Source: a bacterium (GTDB lineage: Bacteria > Muiribacteriota > UBA6191). From it: a stretch of DNA of 17,501 nucleotides. The notes beneath the pieces are model-generated. The model did not search any database. It was given only the letters and a program-made list of their open reading frames with translations, and was not told where the DNA came from. Both the position numbers and the translations under genes were made by a program. This document shows positions 8,237 through 17,207 of the stretch, piece by piece. How positions within the stretch are numbered: the stretch's first letter is position 1; each line of letters starts with the position of its first letter. The DNA lies in assembly GCA_036339875.1 (NCBI GenBank), contig JAYZAC010000010.1:1-17501 (forward strand), given 5' to 3'.

Positions 8237-9427
8237 CTATCTCTTCAATCGAATAGTCGGTTTAATTTTCTTCTTCTCTAATTGATCTGGACCCAAGCCA
8301 GCTTCTGATGTGCTTAGACCGATATTATCAGCTAGCAAGTTACCAGTACTATTATTCGAATCACTCGTTAAAAATTCTATAATCTTCTTATCGATTAATT
8401 CCGTTACCATTTTATCTATGCGATTTTGGCGCAGTAATACTTGCTCATCAAAACGCCCCAACTCAGCTAGCATGCCATTCTCAAGCAATGCCAAAAACTG
8501 TACACAATCTGACTGAGTAAAGTTATTGGGCGACTTCTCAATGAATAAATCAAGAACTACCATAGCAGGCGTCCTGAGATCATTATTACTGAATAACTCC
8601 GCTTTTTTTCGCAGAAGCATTTGTAACTCAGTATTATCAATCCAGGATTTCGAAACGGTCATCAAAATGTCGGCAAATCTATGAAGATCAGAGCTACCAT
8701 AACAATGATTCCTAGTGATTCTATCTTTGTTATCCGTTGCATCAATTTCATGTCCCTCTTCCGTTATTTCAGAACCTGCAAAAACTGCAATCTGTTGTGA
8801 ATTAGCTACTAGTTTTAACCGATTGGCCATATCTAGAACTCTAGCATTTTCTGACGGATAATAATTATAGCTTGGAATTCTTTGTAAAGAATCGATCATT
8901 AAAATAACTCTTTCGGTCTTATAACGCTCCTTAATCGAATTTAAATGAATTTCAAGCTGTTCCACAGTATCACTTTGAGACCCTGCAATTAAGTTTAGAT
9001 ATGACTGAAACTTTGCAAATTTTTCCAAACCTTTCCTGAGTAAATCCTTCAACTCTGGGTTACTCTTGATTTTTTTACGCTCAATTGCACTCATTGGCAG
9101 CCCAGTCTGCTGAGATAATGTTTGTTTTAAGAGTTTATCTGGAGATTCTTCAAAGGAGACATATAAAACAGGGATCTTATTATGGCAAATAATTGAAATT
9201 GCGATTTGCAGCATAAACTGAGAACGCAGGTTACTGGAGGATGTCGCTAATAAAGTTAGATGAGATTCTCGAATACCTGATATTATTCGATTTAACTCCT
9301 TGTAATCCAAAAATGGAAAACCGAGAAATTCTTTGCGACCCTCACTTTCTCGAATATCAAAATCTTTCAAGAGTCTCTTCAACGGGTTCACGATAGTCTG
9401 AATTGGATATTCCAGTTGATTACACAT
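8237..9427 (-). CDS. DnaB-like helicase C-terminal (RecA-fold) domain protein, catalytically degenerate
   Basis: Colinear with DnaB_C motifs: ELNRIISGI, YVSFEES (H1a), MIDSLQRI (Walker B), LKLVA-IAVFAGSEI (H3), GSSDL-FAD (H4). Walker A is replaced by ATSSSNLRS, and there is no DnaB N-terminal domain. Confidence 0.75.
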   Translation of the reverse strand: MCNQLEYPIQTIVNPLKRLLKDFDIRESEGRKEFLGFPFLDYKELNRIISGIRESHLTLLATSSSNLRSQFMLQIAISIICHNKIPVLYVSFEESPDKLLKQTLSQQTGLPMSAIERKKIKSNPELKDLLRKGLEKFAKFQSYLNLIAGSQSDTVEQLEIHLNSIKERYKTERVILMIDSLQRIPSYNYYPSENARVLDMANRLKLVANSQQIAVFAGSEITEEGHEIDATDNKDRITRNHCYGSSDLHRFADILMTVSKSWIDNTELQMLLRKKAELFSNNDLRTPAMVVLDLFIEKSPNNFTQSDCVQFLALLENGMLAELGRFDEQVLLRQNRIDKMVTELIDKKIIEFLTSDSNNSTGNLLADNIGLSTSEAGLGPDQLEKKKIKPTIRLKR

Positions 9428-9450
9428 ATGTAGCCCCCTTAGCCAAGAAT

Positions 9451-9459
9451 ATTATAGCA
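9451..9459 (-). promoter_or_regulatory. Putative extended -10 promoter (TGCTATAAT) for the DnaB-like gene
   Basis: The minus strand reads TGCTATAAT at 9459-9451, then an AAGGGGG SD-like sequence at 9440-9434 and ATG at 9427. Confidence 0.6.
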
Positions 9460-9533
9460 ATCAAAAGAACTATTTAGAGTTTTCAAATAATATTCACTTG
9501 AAATACTTTTCTTAAAAAAGCATCTTAGTGGTC

Positions 9534-10457
9534 ATGAGAATATTTTTAACCGGAATTTTGGGGCAACTTGGTTATAATCTGGCCTGTTATTTTCACCTAA
9601 ACGGTCACCATATTGAGGGCTCATATCGGACTGCTTACAATCATCCCGATTTTTTGAAGAATAAACTTTATCCATTGGATTTTTCCTCTGATTTCAAGCT
9701 TATTGATCAGTTACAAAAGATTCCTCAGAATATCGATATTTTAATCCATTGCGCAGCGGCTACTAATGTTGATCAATGTGAAGAAAATATAATCGGTACT
9801 TACAATACAAACACGATAGGAACAGGAATTCTTTGTAACTGGGCCAAACAAAGAAATATACCAATGATCTATTTATCAACTGATTTTGTATTTGAAGGCA
9901 AATTGGACGGAAATAATGAGAAAACAACGCCTCAACCAAAAGGGTATTACTCAAAGTCAAAATATTTCGGTGAGATTGTTTGTTCCAGCTACAAGAATTC
10001 ATCCGTCCTACGCTGGACACCGCTTTTACACTGCTTCAGATTGAAGCATCATCCTAGAAGTCTTGTTGATCTAATTATTGACTCTAGTAAAAATGGTAAT
10101 CGTTTATCTCTTTTTCACGATAAAACCTTTAGCCCTGTGAGTAGCTTAGCCATTGGTCAAACCATTTTGACACATAAAGAACACCCTTTACTTCACGTTT
10201 GTAGCGCACAAAGCCTCTCTGTTTATGATTTAGCAACGATAATTTTAGATAAACTTAAACTTCCTAATATTCATTATCCGTCAAATTTTCCTATCCAAAG
10301 TAATTACTCCAATTGTCGTCCGAAACACAGTGGAATGAAAAGTCTTTATTTAATGAGTAAATCTATTGAAGATGACTTAGAGCAGTGTATCGAATTTATC
10401 AATTCACTATCATCAATAGATAGATTTAAGCTGGGATGTAGCTCACTAATCGCATAA
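9534..10457 (+). CDS. dTDP-4-dehydrorhamnose reductase (RmlD)-like extended SDR
   Basis: MRIFLTGILGQLG Rossmann motif, HCAAATNVDQCE, YLSTDFVFEG, catalytic YSKSK. ATG 9534 preferred over GTG 9528. The C-terminal half is divergent, so the substrate is uncertain. Confidence 0.85.
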   Translation: MRIFLTGILGQLGYNLACYFHLNGHHIEGSYRTAYNHPDFLKNKLYPLDFSSDFKLIDQLQKIPQNIDILIHCAAATNVDQCEENIIGTYNTNTIGTGILCNWAKQRNIPMIYLSTDFVFEGKLDGNNEKTTPQPKGYYSKSKYFGEIVCSSYKNSSVLRWTPLLHCFRLKHHPRSLVDLIIDSSKNGNRLSLFHDKTFSPVSSLAIGQTILTHKEHPLLHVCSAQSLSVYDLATIILDKLKLPNIHYPSNFPIQSNYSNCRPKHSGMKSLYLMSKSIEDDLEQCIEFINSLSSIDRFKLGCSSLIA

Positions 10458-10462
10458 AGCTC

Positions 10463-11377
10463 ATGGACTACTCAATCCTTATATTAAATTTCAACGGGGC
10501 TGAACTACTTAGCTCAACAATTCCCCATACATTGGAGGTCATGAAAGATTGCCCTTTCAGTGGGGAACTGATGGTAGTGGACAATTGCAGTACTGACCAT
10601 TCTTTAGATATTGCTACACAGTATACCTGTCAAGGCTTACGCTGGTTTGCCTGTAAAAAAAATCGAGTATTAATTAGTTATAATGAAGCAGCCCAAACGG
10701 CAAGAGGTCGAGTAATAATTCTTTTGAATAACGACGAGTGGATAGATCATAAGTTTATTTGTAAAGTATTAGAACAATTCAAGAAGGATACCAAGGACCT
10801 ATTCTGCGTGATTCCAATGAGTCTTAATGAAAATAATTCGCAGTATCAAGGTGGTCTGATCGGACTAGAGTTCAAACACGGTCATTATTGGATTCTTCAT
10901 GATTTCAAAGAAAATCAAAGGAAAGTTAGTCAGACAGTAGTAATAGGCTGTTTAGGAGCATACGATCGAAAAAAATTTATTGAAATTGGTGGATTTGAAC
11001 CACTTTTATTACCATTTTATTGGGAAGACGCAGACTTATCCTATCGAGCTTCAAAGCGGGGTTGGAAGTGCAGGTATGTACCAGAAGCAATAACCTACCA
11101 CAGAAACCAAGCTACAATATCTAAGTTTAATAAATCTTGGATCAATATGATTAACCGTCGTAATAAACTTCTATTTTTTTACTTAAATTGTAACGATGAG
11201 ATTCACTGGTTACAGCATTTACTGAAGTTTCCAGCTTTCGCCATGAAAGAATTATTCAAAGGTAGAGTAGATTACTTTAAGGCATTAGGATGGTGTCTGA
11301 TTAATTGGTCACAAATATATAATCGAAGAAAAAAAAGAAATGCTAAAAACTGTCTCCCAGATTCTGAGCTTATTTAA
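10463..11377 (+). CDS. Glycosyltransferase family 2 (WbbL/rhamnosyltransferase-like)
   Basis: SILILNFNG, VVDNCSTD, LLNND, GGF...YWEDADLSYRA...GW, YH motifs typical of GT2; adjacent to the RmlD-like gene. Confidence 0.9.
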   Translation: MDYSILILNFNGAELLSSTIPHTLEVMKDCPFSGELMVVDNCSTDHSLDIATQYTCQGLRWFACKKNRVLISYNEAAQTARGRVIILLNNDEWIDHKFICKVLEQFKKDTKDLFCVIPMSLNENNSQYQGGLIGLEFKHGHYWILHDFKENQRKVSQTVVIGCLGAYDRKKFIEIGGFEPLLLPFYWEDADLSYRASKRGWKCRYVPEAITYHRNQATISKFNKSWINMINRRNKLLFFYLNCNDEIHWLQHLLKFPAFAMKELFKGRVDYFKALGWCLINWSQIYNRRKKRNAKNCLPDSELI

Positions 11378-11490
11378 CGATTAAATCTACCAAATACTCA
11401 TTTTTTTAAGAGTGACACTTGATAAGATGTTGAAGCACTGCTGTAATGCCGAAGAACTTTAATATAAATCAATAAAAAAACGAGAAGATT

Positions 11491-12468
11491 ATGAGCTGGG
11501 TTGATAGCTTATCAAGAATACTTTACCAAATACCGCAGAAACCTACCCGTGTTCAAATGGAAGTCAATAATGCTTGCAATCTTGACTGTGTAATGTGTCC
11601 AAGGCATGAACTGCCTATTGAATTGGAAGAAATGGACACCAAAGTCTTTAAGGCAAGTATAGACACCCTATGTAAATTTGGAATAAAGCATTTAGATATC
11701 GGTGGCTGGGGCGAAGTTACTTTCCATAAAGATTTTTTAGAAATTATACGATACGCAGCTGGTAAAGGATTTCAAATATCCATGACAACTAATGGCTTAC
11801 TACTAAAGAAAGAGCGTCTCCAGGTACTCTTGGATGAAGGCGTAAAGAACTTGACCTTCAGCATTGACTCATTAGAGAGGAGAAAAGGAGACTTTTCGGG
11901 TCATATCAACTCACCAAGCATCAAAAATCTTGAAAGGATTTTAAGCTACAAATCAGAGTACGATCTCAATATCAAAGTTAATACTCTAGTTCAAAAATCT
12001 AACCGACATGAAGCTCTTGAATTACTTGATTTCATGAGTGATCTTGGAGTCGACATGGTAGTCCTATTCGGACCTAACATTGCCCGTGATAATGAAGAAT
12101 TAAGAGTTCCATATAGCACAGAATATAAGCTTTATTCATATATTGAAGAGCAAGCAATTTCCAAAAGATGGAAATGTATAGTAACAACTCCCCTGGGCAG
12201 ATATAGAGCTGGGCTTAGAAAATATTATTTTCAGCAGGGCTCAAAATGCCCACAGACTTGGGAGAGTATGTATCTAAATCGTCACGGTCAAGTAACACCA
12301 TGCACTTTACTACCTGATTTAGTAATCGCAGAACTCAACGAATATGAATCATTACAGGAATTATGGAATAGTGAAAAATTTAAAGATTTTCGTAGAAATC
12401 AAGAAGTGATCTGCAACGGTTGTGACGCTCTAAAATTCGAGCCACATAATGCGGGGACTTGCTCATGA
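11491..12468 (+). CDS. Radical SAM protein with C-terminal SPASM/Twitch domain
   Basis: CxxxCxxC (CNLDCVMC), GGWGEV, TTNG, FSIDS, and C-terminal CPQTW...GQVTPC...CNGC auxiliary-cluster cysteines. Confidence 0.92.
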   Translation: MSWVDSLSRILYQIPQKPTRVQMEVNNACNLDCVMCPRHELPIELEEMDTKVFKASIDTLCKFGIKHLDIGGWGEVTFHKDFLEIIRYAAGKGFQISMTTNGLLLKKERLQVLLDEGVKNLTFSIDSLERRKGDFSGHINSPSIKNLERILSYKSEYDLNIKVNTLVQKSNRHEALELLDFMSDLGVDMVVLFGPNIARDNEELRVPYSTEYKLYSYIEEQAISKRWKCIVTTPLGRYRAGLRKYYFQQGSKCPQTWESMYLNRHGQVTPCTLLPDLVIAELNEYESLQELWNSEKFKDFRRNQEVICNGCDALKFEPHNAGTCS

Positions 12469-13160
12469 TTGACTTTGGTAATGCTCGCCTTCTAATTCTA
12501 TCGCCTCATCCTGACGACGAAACATTGGGCTGTGGTGGTCTTATTCGTCGAATAAAAAAAGCTGGGGGCGAAGTTTACGTGATGATCTTCACCTATGGCG
12601 ACGAAGCGCAGTATGGGGGTTTTTCTGAGAAAAATACCCGTCTTACTGAATTGGAAAACGTTATGAGTTTTCTTGAAGTGGATGATTTCGAGGTACTTCT
12701 AGCGGGTGAAAAATATCATCTTATGTTAGATCAAATACCAGAGAAAATATTACTGGATAAGATTGAAAAGGAATCTAAGCTAAGTCTAAATCATCTGAAA
12801 CCAAATATTGTGGCACTTCCAGCTGGCGGATCCTATAATGTTGATCATGTAGCCACATACAAAGCGGGGTTTACAGCTTTAAGACCGCGTCCACATAATC
12901 TTAAGGCTTACTGCCCTCTAGTGTTGACTTACGATGATTTGTGCTTTTGGAGTCACGAAAAATTATCTGGTAACCTATTTATTAATATTGAAGATGAAAT
13001 TCAAGATAAACTACAAGCACTATCACTATATAAATCTCAAATGCGTGAAGATCCCCATGAGCGTAGCATCAAAAACATCGACAATTACCACAGTATTCTG
13101 GGACGAAGTCAAGGTATAAAGTATGCAGAGCAGTTTGTAATAAATCGCTTTTTCTTATGA
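12465..13160 (+). CDS. PIG-L/LmbE family N-acetylsugar deacetylase
   Basis: SPHPDDETLGCGG metal-binding motif, NVDH (HxDH-like), K-AL-YKSQ, AEQF. The ATG at 12465 forms an ATGA overlap with the radical SAM stop, so it is preferred over TTG 12459. Confidence 0.92.
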   Translation: MIDFGNARLLILSPHPDDETLGCGGLIRRIKKAGGEVYVMIFTYGDEAQYGGFSEKNTRLTELENVMSFLEVDDFEVLLAGEKYHLMLDQIPEKILLDKIEKESKLSLNHLKPNIVALPAGGSYNVDHVATYKAGFTALRPRPHNLKAYCPLVLTYDDLCFWSHEKLSGNLFINIEDEIQDKLQALSLYKSQMREDPHERSIKNIDNYHSILGRSQGIKYAEQFVINRFFL

Positions 13161-13180
13161 TCAAATAATTTTACAGTTGA

Positions 13181-13894
13181 TCATATAGCGGCAGTAACTT
13201 TTTGCAAAAATGGTAGTTCCTGTGCGTCTTGCTTTGCTTTCTCATAATTTTCCATATGACCTATATCCAACCAGTAATCTTCTATGAGGAAACGTCCAAG
13301 CTTTCCACGTTTTAGAACTAGTTGCAACAAATCTGTCATTTGAAAGCTCTGACCATCAGGTATCCAATCTAAAATATGTGGAGACAAACAATAGATACCA
13401 GCAACTACTTCAGTTTGAATACAGGGCTTTTCTTTGACACTAATTATTGAGTCTCCATTGGAATCAACAACCCCATAACTCATAGGAAGATCAATGATTT
13501 TAGTACCAACCAGCATGTCAAATTTACGATCCTTGAAAGTTTTATAGAATTTAGAAAAATTCAAATTCGTTAGAATATCTCCATTTACGACAATAAATGG
13601 CTCTGAAAGCCTTTCCTTGATAAGAGCTAAGGGTCCTGCAGTACCCAGCTGGCTAGATTCTTTACTGAAACTAATTTTGAGATTCTCTGGAGGCTTCTCT
13701 TCGAAATGCGACTCGAAATACTCGCTCATATAGTTGATGCACATTATAACTTCAGTAACACCAGCTTTTGCCAAATTCATCAAGCCTACTTCAACGACAT
13801 TTCGATCACCAAGAGGTAAAAGAGGCTTGGGAATAATTGAAGTTAGAGGTCTTAACCTTAAACCAAGCCCACCAGCCATAACTACTGCTTTCAA
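13181..13894 (-). CDS. Sugar-1-phosphate nucleotidyltransferase (NTP_transferase family)
   Basis: AVVMAGGLGLRLRPLT-PKPLLP, LGTAGPL, VNGDILT, VKEKP, AGIY, YWLDIG. TTG at 13894 has a GAGGAAGG RBS. The ORF-track start at 13933 overlaps a TATAAT (13938-13933), so the shorter start is preferred. Confidence 0.92.
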   Translation of the reverse strand: MKAVVMAGGLGLRLRPLTSIIPKPLLPLGDRNVVEVGLMNLAKAGVTEVIMCINYMSEYFESHFEEKPPENLKISFSKESSQLGTAGPLALIKERLSEPFIVVNGDILTNLNFSKFYKTFKDRKFDMLVGTKIIDLPMSYGVVDSNGDSIISVKEKPCIQTEVVAGIYCLSPHILDWIPDGQSFQMTDLLQLVLKRGKLGRFLIEDYWLDIGHMENYEKAKQDAQELPFLQKVTAAI

Positions 13895-13995
13895 AATTCT
13901 ACCTTCCTCACTATTTTTACCAAAACTATTCAATTATATCGGCAAATCATTAAGTATTCTCTAAATGTTTTAAGCTTTGCACGCAAATTATAGAT

Positions 13996-15471
13996 TTAAT
14001 CTTGTCCGACGGAAATTCTATCCAAATTTGATAATCTGAGTTGCTGTTCAATTGGCATCTCATAGACCGTTTTGGATCCTATACCTTGACCTTGATGATT
14101 CAAACATAGGCCACCAAGTTGTGACTTAAAACTTTCTTCAAAACTGTAACTCAAATGATTTTCGAATTTCAAATTAGGAGTCCTAGGGTATCCATCTCCC
14201 TGAACTCGCTCTGAAACCATACAGGGATTAAAATCCACCTTATCTTTGAAATACTCTAGCATTGCGATACTTTGTCGAGAGTCTTTTGGAATGTTAACTC
14301 TTATCCCTAAACACGGTTTTTGATTGCGTGAAAATTGTTCATACGCAGAAACCCAATTCTGATAGAACAGCTTACTTTCAAAGTATTCATAATTAAGATA
14401 ATCAATATTCTCAGGTAAGCCTAATTCCAAATAATCAACTCGATTGAATAATGATTTGATTAATAGATTAGGAGACTCAGCTGATATTTTTACTGCAAGA
14501 AATAAATTTCGACTAACAGCATCTATTAAATTTAACAATTCTTCAGAACAACTATTATTATGAAAATTCAATATAATAGTGACACGCCCATAGCGCTCTG
14601 CTTGCCTACAAATTTCAATAAGATGATCACAAGACAACCAATTAGAATGATCCCCAGTTAATATAATTTCCAAAAAATTTAACCATTTTGACTGATGTAA
14701 GAAATAGTTCCTCTCGAAAAAATGAAGCATTTTAGAATTTAGCTCCAGAGTGAGAGCTTCCTCTGGGTACTTATTACAATATTTCTGTAGAAAATCAAAA
14801 TACCTTTTACTCCAAAGTCCCATTGGCATTTTTAATCTTGACTGAAATGCTTCAATACGTGGGCCATGATCGCTAATAGTTTGCTCCAAATGTTGGTGAT
14901 CTTCAAAATCTGCTAAAAGGGCCATATTTTTATAATTTGTAGAATAAACAGTATTTAAATATGTCGAATCAACCAGATACCCACATCTTCCAAAATCATT
15001 TTGTAAAGCAGCGCGATGTCCTGATTTATAAGAATCCAAAGCTTTACTCATATGTTCTTTTCTAACAAAACCTCCTGTAATATTTAAAACAAAGTACGTT
15101 GCTGGATTTAAGGCTTCCTGAAGCCAATAAACCCACGCCAAAATAATTTCAGCCTTGTCTCTATTTTCAAGGTTCCAAGCCCACGGATACCAAATTCTAG
15201 GCCATTTGTATAATTCTTTTGGAACAAGCCGAAAATCAACACCCTGTTCACTACAAATTTTTGAATAGGCTACATTAAATGATTCGTCTTCATGCAAAAC
15301 AATTACACGATCAAAAAAATTCCACTCCACAATTTTACGAATCAATTTGCGAGTCCAACACTCACCCTCTGAATCTAAATCTAAAAGTGCATAATCGACT
15401 TGATTATCAATGTTAACCCAACTTTGGTTCGCAATAATAACCGCAATGAGATCATTTCTTTCAGAATACAT
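13996..15471 (-). CDS. Hypothetical protein: cytidylyltransferase-like N-domain + degenerate radical SAM-like domain (paralogue of 15473-16909)
   Basis: 491-aa ORF with blocks colinear to its neighbour (ILAWVYWL/IASWIYQI; YGRVTI/FGRLTI; YFKDKVDFNP/FFRERQSINP; LCLNHQGQ/LCIDSKGQ). No CxxxCxxC motif. The CDS is solid; the domain assignment is by eye. Confidence 0.6.
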   Translation of the reverse strand: MYSERNDLIAVIIANQSWVNIDNQVDYALLDLDSEGECWTRKLIRKIVEWNFFDRVIVLHEDESFNVAYSKICSEQGVDFRLVPKELYKWPRIWYPWAWNLENRDKAEIILAWVYWLQEALNPATYFVLNITGGFVRKEHMSKALDSYKSGHRAALQNDFGRCGYLVDSTYLNTVYSTNYKNMALLADFEDHQHLEQTISDHGPRIEAFQSRLKMPMGLWSKRYFDFLQKYCNKYPEEALTLELNSKMLHFFERNYFLHQSKWLNFLEIILTGDHSNWLSCDHLIEICRQAERYGRVTIILNFHNNSCSEELLNLIDAVSRNLFLAVKISAESPNLLIKSLFNRVDYLELGLPENIDYLNYEYFESKLFYQNWVSAYEQFSRNQKPCLGIRVNIPKDSRQSIAMLEYFKDKVDFNPCMVSERVQGDGYPRTPNLKFENHLSYSFEESFKSQLGGLCLNHQGQGIGSKTVYEMPIEQQLRLSNLDRISVGQD

Positions 15472-15472
15472 C

Positions 15473-16909
15473 TCAAATCCTTATTTTATCGAAACCCGAC
15501 TGCTCAATATAATCTTCAAAACTTATATTAAAACAGCTACCACCTTTTTGATATTGACCTTTGGAGTCTATGCACAGAGTCTTAGAGTCAAAATCTAAAT
15601 CATAATCATTTGTCGATTTGGGTATGATTCGTAAAAATTCTATATGAGGTTTTTGTAGTCCTGGTCTTGAATCTGAAGTATCAAAAAAAGGATTAATAGA
15701 TTGCCTCTCCCTAAAAAATATAATAGCTTGACAAGCCTCACTAACATCATCTGGCATATAGTAAGTCACTCCAACTGCCATTTTCTGATACTTTTGAGAT
15801 ATCAGTAAAGATCTCATAAAATTCTGAAAAATTAAATTGGCATCGTCTTCAGGAAATCGCTTTGCATGAAACTCGGGGGAATGCGCCAATAATTCAAAAT
15901 TTATAACATCACTATACTCAAAGACTTGATCGTAATATGTACCAACTTGATTGCCATTAATAGAAACATATAAATGTAAATCAGCAAGCTTTAATTTTCT
16001 TACTATCTCACCACCAGCGGGATGTTTATCTAGGTTTTTCAACTCTATGGTCAGCCTGCCGAAGGGCTTGCAATTTTCTATCAATTGTTCTATGAGGTGA
16101 CCATCCATATAACCTTTACTATCACTACAATTGAGCTGTACATGCATTAGATCTGAATCTAATTTATTTTTAGAAAAGTATTCTAAAAAACTCGCCAGAA
16201 TGTCCGAACTATTCTCCTCTTTCTTTGAAACATAGTAATCATGAAATAATTTCCATCGTTTTCTAGAATTAATATCCCACTTTTTGGAAGACATCGTGAT
16301 AAGTGAGCGATTGGTTATCTCGTTGCAGTAATTATAAAGATGACCATAATCCAAAGCCTTAGGATGTTTTAACTGTAAACCATCAAATTGTTCTTCAGAA
16401 ACGCAGCTTTGCACGAAGCTAAAATCTAAAAGTCTACCTTCAAGACCTAATGGCCCTACAATTGTGTAACAATGTCCGGGCTGATCCCCAAATTTCTCAT
16501 GAATTCTATCCAACTGGTCAAAATTAACGTGACCTCTCACGATGGAATCTACAAAAAATACACCTTTACCATATTGATACATTATCTGATAGATCCAGCT
16601 CGCTATATACTCTTGTTGCCCGAGATCAATGTTATAGATTTTGGCATCAGACATACCCAAAGGACGATGATTCTTGTGTGACATTAACTTCACAACCACT
16701 CTTTCACTCTCGTACTTCTCTAATTTTTTGGCAAGTTCCAAAGAGTCTGCTAATAAAAAGATTTTATTAACTCTTTCACTGGCAATCCATCGATCCAAAA
16801 TAATTTGAAGATAACTTGTTTCAGCAATGTCATCGAATACCCATGAATTTAAGGGGTCGCCCTTCAAATACGGCTGATTACAGAATAAAATTAAATTCAA
16901 AGGACTCAT
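15473..16909 (-). CDS. Hypothetical protein: SpsF/cytidylyltransferase-like N-domain + Cys-less radical SAM-like domain + SPASM remnant
   Basis: N-domain segments SYLQIILDRWIASERVNKIFLL, PLGLEGRLL, WDINS resemble SpsF/KdsB-type folds. C-domain segments GYMD-LIEQLIE, HP, SING, DVINFELLAHSPE, IFQNF follow radical SAM barrel order without the cluster cysteines. Confidence 0.65.
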   Translation of the reverse strand: MSPLNLILFCNQPYLKGDPLNSWVFDDIAETSYLQIILDRWIASERVNKIFLLADSLELAKKLEKYESERVVVKLMSHKNHRPLGMSDAKIYNIDLGQQEYIASWIYQIMYQYGKGVFFVDSIVRGHVNFDQLDRIHEKFGDQPGHCYTIVGPLGLEGRLLDFSFVQSCVSEEQFDGLQLKHPKALDYGHLYNYCNEITNRSLITMSSKKWDINSRKRWKLFHDYYVSKKEENSSDILASFLEYFSKNKLDSDLMHVQLNCSDSKGYMDGHLIEQLIENCKPFGRLTIELKNLDKHPAGGEIVRKLKLADLHLYVSINGNQVGTYYDQVFEYSDVINFELLAHSPEFHAKRFPEDDANLIFQNFMRSLLISQKYQKMAVGVTYYMPDDVSEACQAIIFFRERQSINPFFDTSDSRPGLQKPHIEFLRIIPKSTNDYDLDFDSKTLCIDSKGQYQKGGSCFNISFEDYIEQSGFDKIRI

Positions 16910-16949
16910 AAATACTCATTACTATAAAGCTTTAAGAAATTGCCAGTTA

Positions 16950-17207
16950 CTAACATTTGGAGACAACTTCGTAGTGAAATTCTTTTACAAATTGTTCTAT
17001 CTTAAAATCTATACCGAAAGTCTTAAAAAACTTTAATTCAATCATTTCCTCGATAAGTAATCTGGCAGAGGAAGTATCCAAACATATAAAATGATTCTCA
17101 ATACCTAACCTCTCCATCCTTTTGGATAGGTAGATTAAACTCAACAAATCACATGATCCCATGCAGAGATAAGGGTCAGCACCATAAATTACTTTATTAC
17201 TCATCAT
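16950..17207 (-). pseudogene. Probable truncated PseG/SpsG-like (GT-B) N-terminal fragment
   Basis: KVIYGADPYLCMGSCDLLSLIYLSKRMERLGIENHFIC resembles the PseG/SpsG start (xADxxxxxGxGHxxRxxxLAxxL...FI), but the ORF ends after 85 aa. Confidence 0.45.

Noticed and set aside
7770..8516. ORFs 7770-8036 (-) and 8310-8516 (+)
   Set aside because: Antisense shadows of the wcaJ-like and DnaB-like genes.
8237..9427. Calling this gene the replicative helicase dnaB or a prophage marker
   Set aside because: It lacks the N-terminal domain, Walker A lysine and arginine finger, and no integrase, primase or phage genes flank it.
9763..10020. 85-aa minus-strand ORF
   Set aside because: Antisense to the conserved core of the RmlD-like gene.
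11329..11336. Poly-A/T tracts of about 8 nt as phase-variation sites (e.g. at the GT2 3' end)
   Set aside because: Similar tracts occur in essential ftsI and murE, frames are intact, and such runs are expected in AT-rich DNA.
13161..13180. Intrinsic terminators at the convergent junctions (8224-8236 and 13161-13180)
   Set aside because: No GC-rich hairpin with a U-tract was seen in these very short spacers.
12934..13964. ORFs 12934-13119 (+) and 13734-13964 (+)
   Set aside because: Alternate frame in the PIG-L gene and antisense to the nucleotidyltransferase; no independent support.
15410..16681. ORFs 15410-15598 (+) and 16472-16681 (+)
   Set aside because: Antisense to the two long paralogous ORFs.
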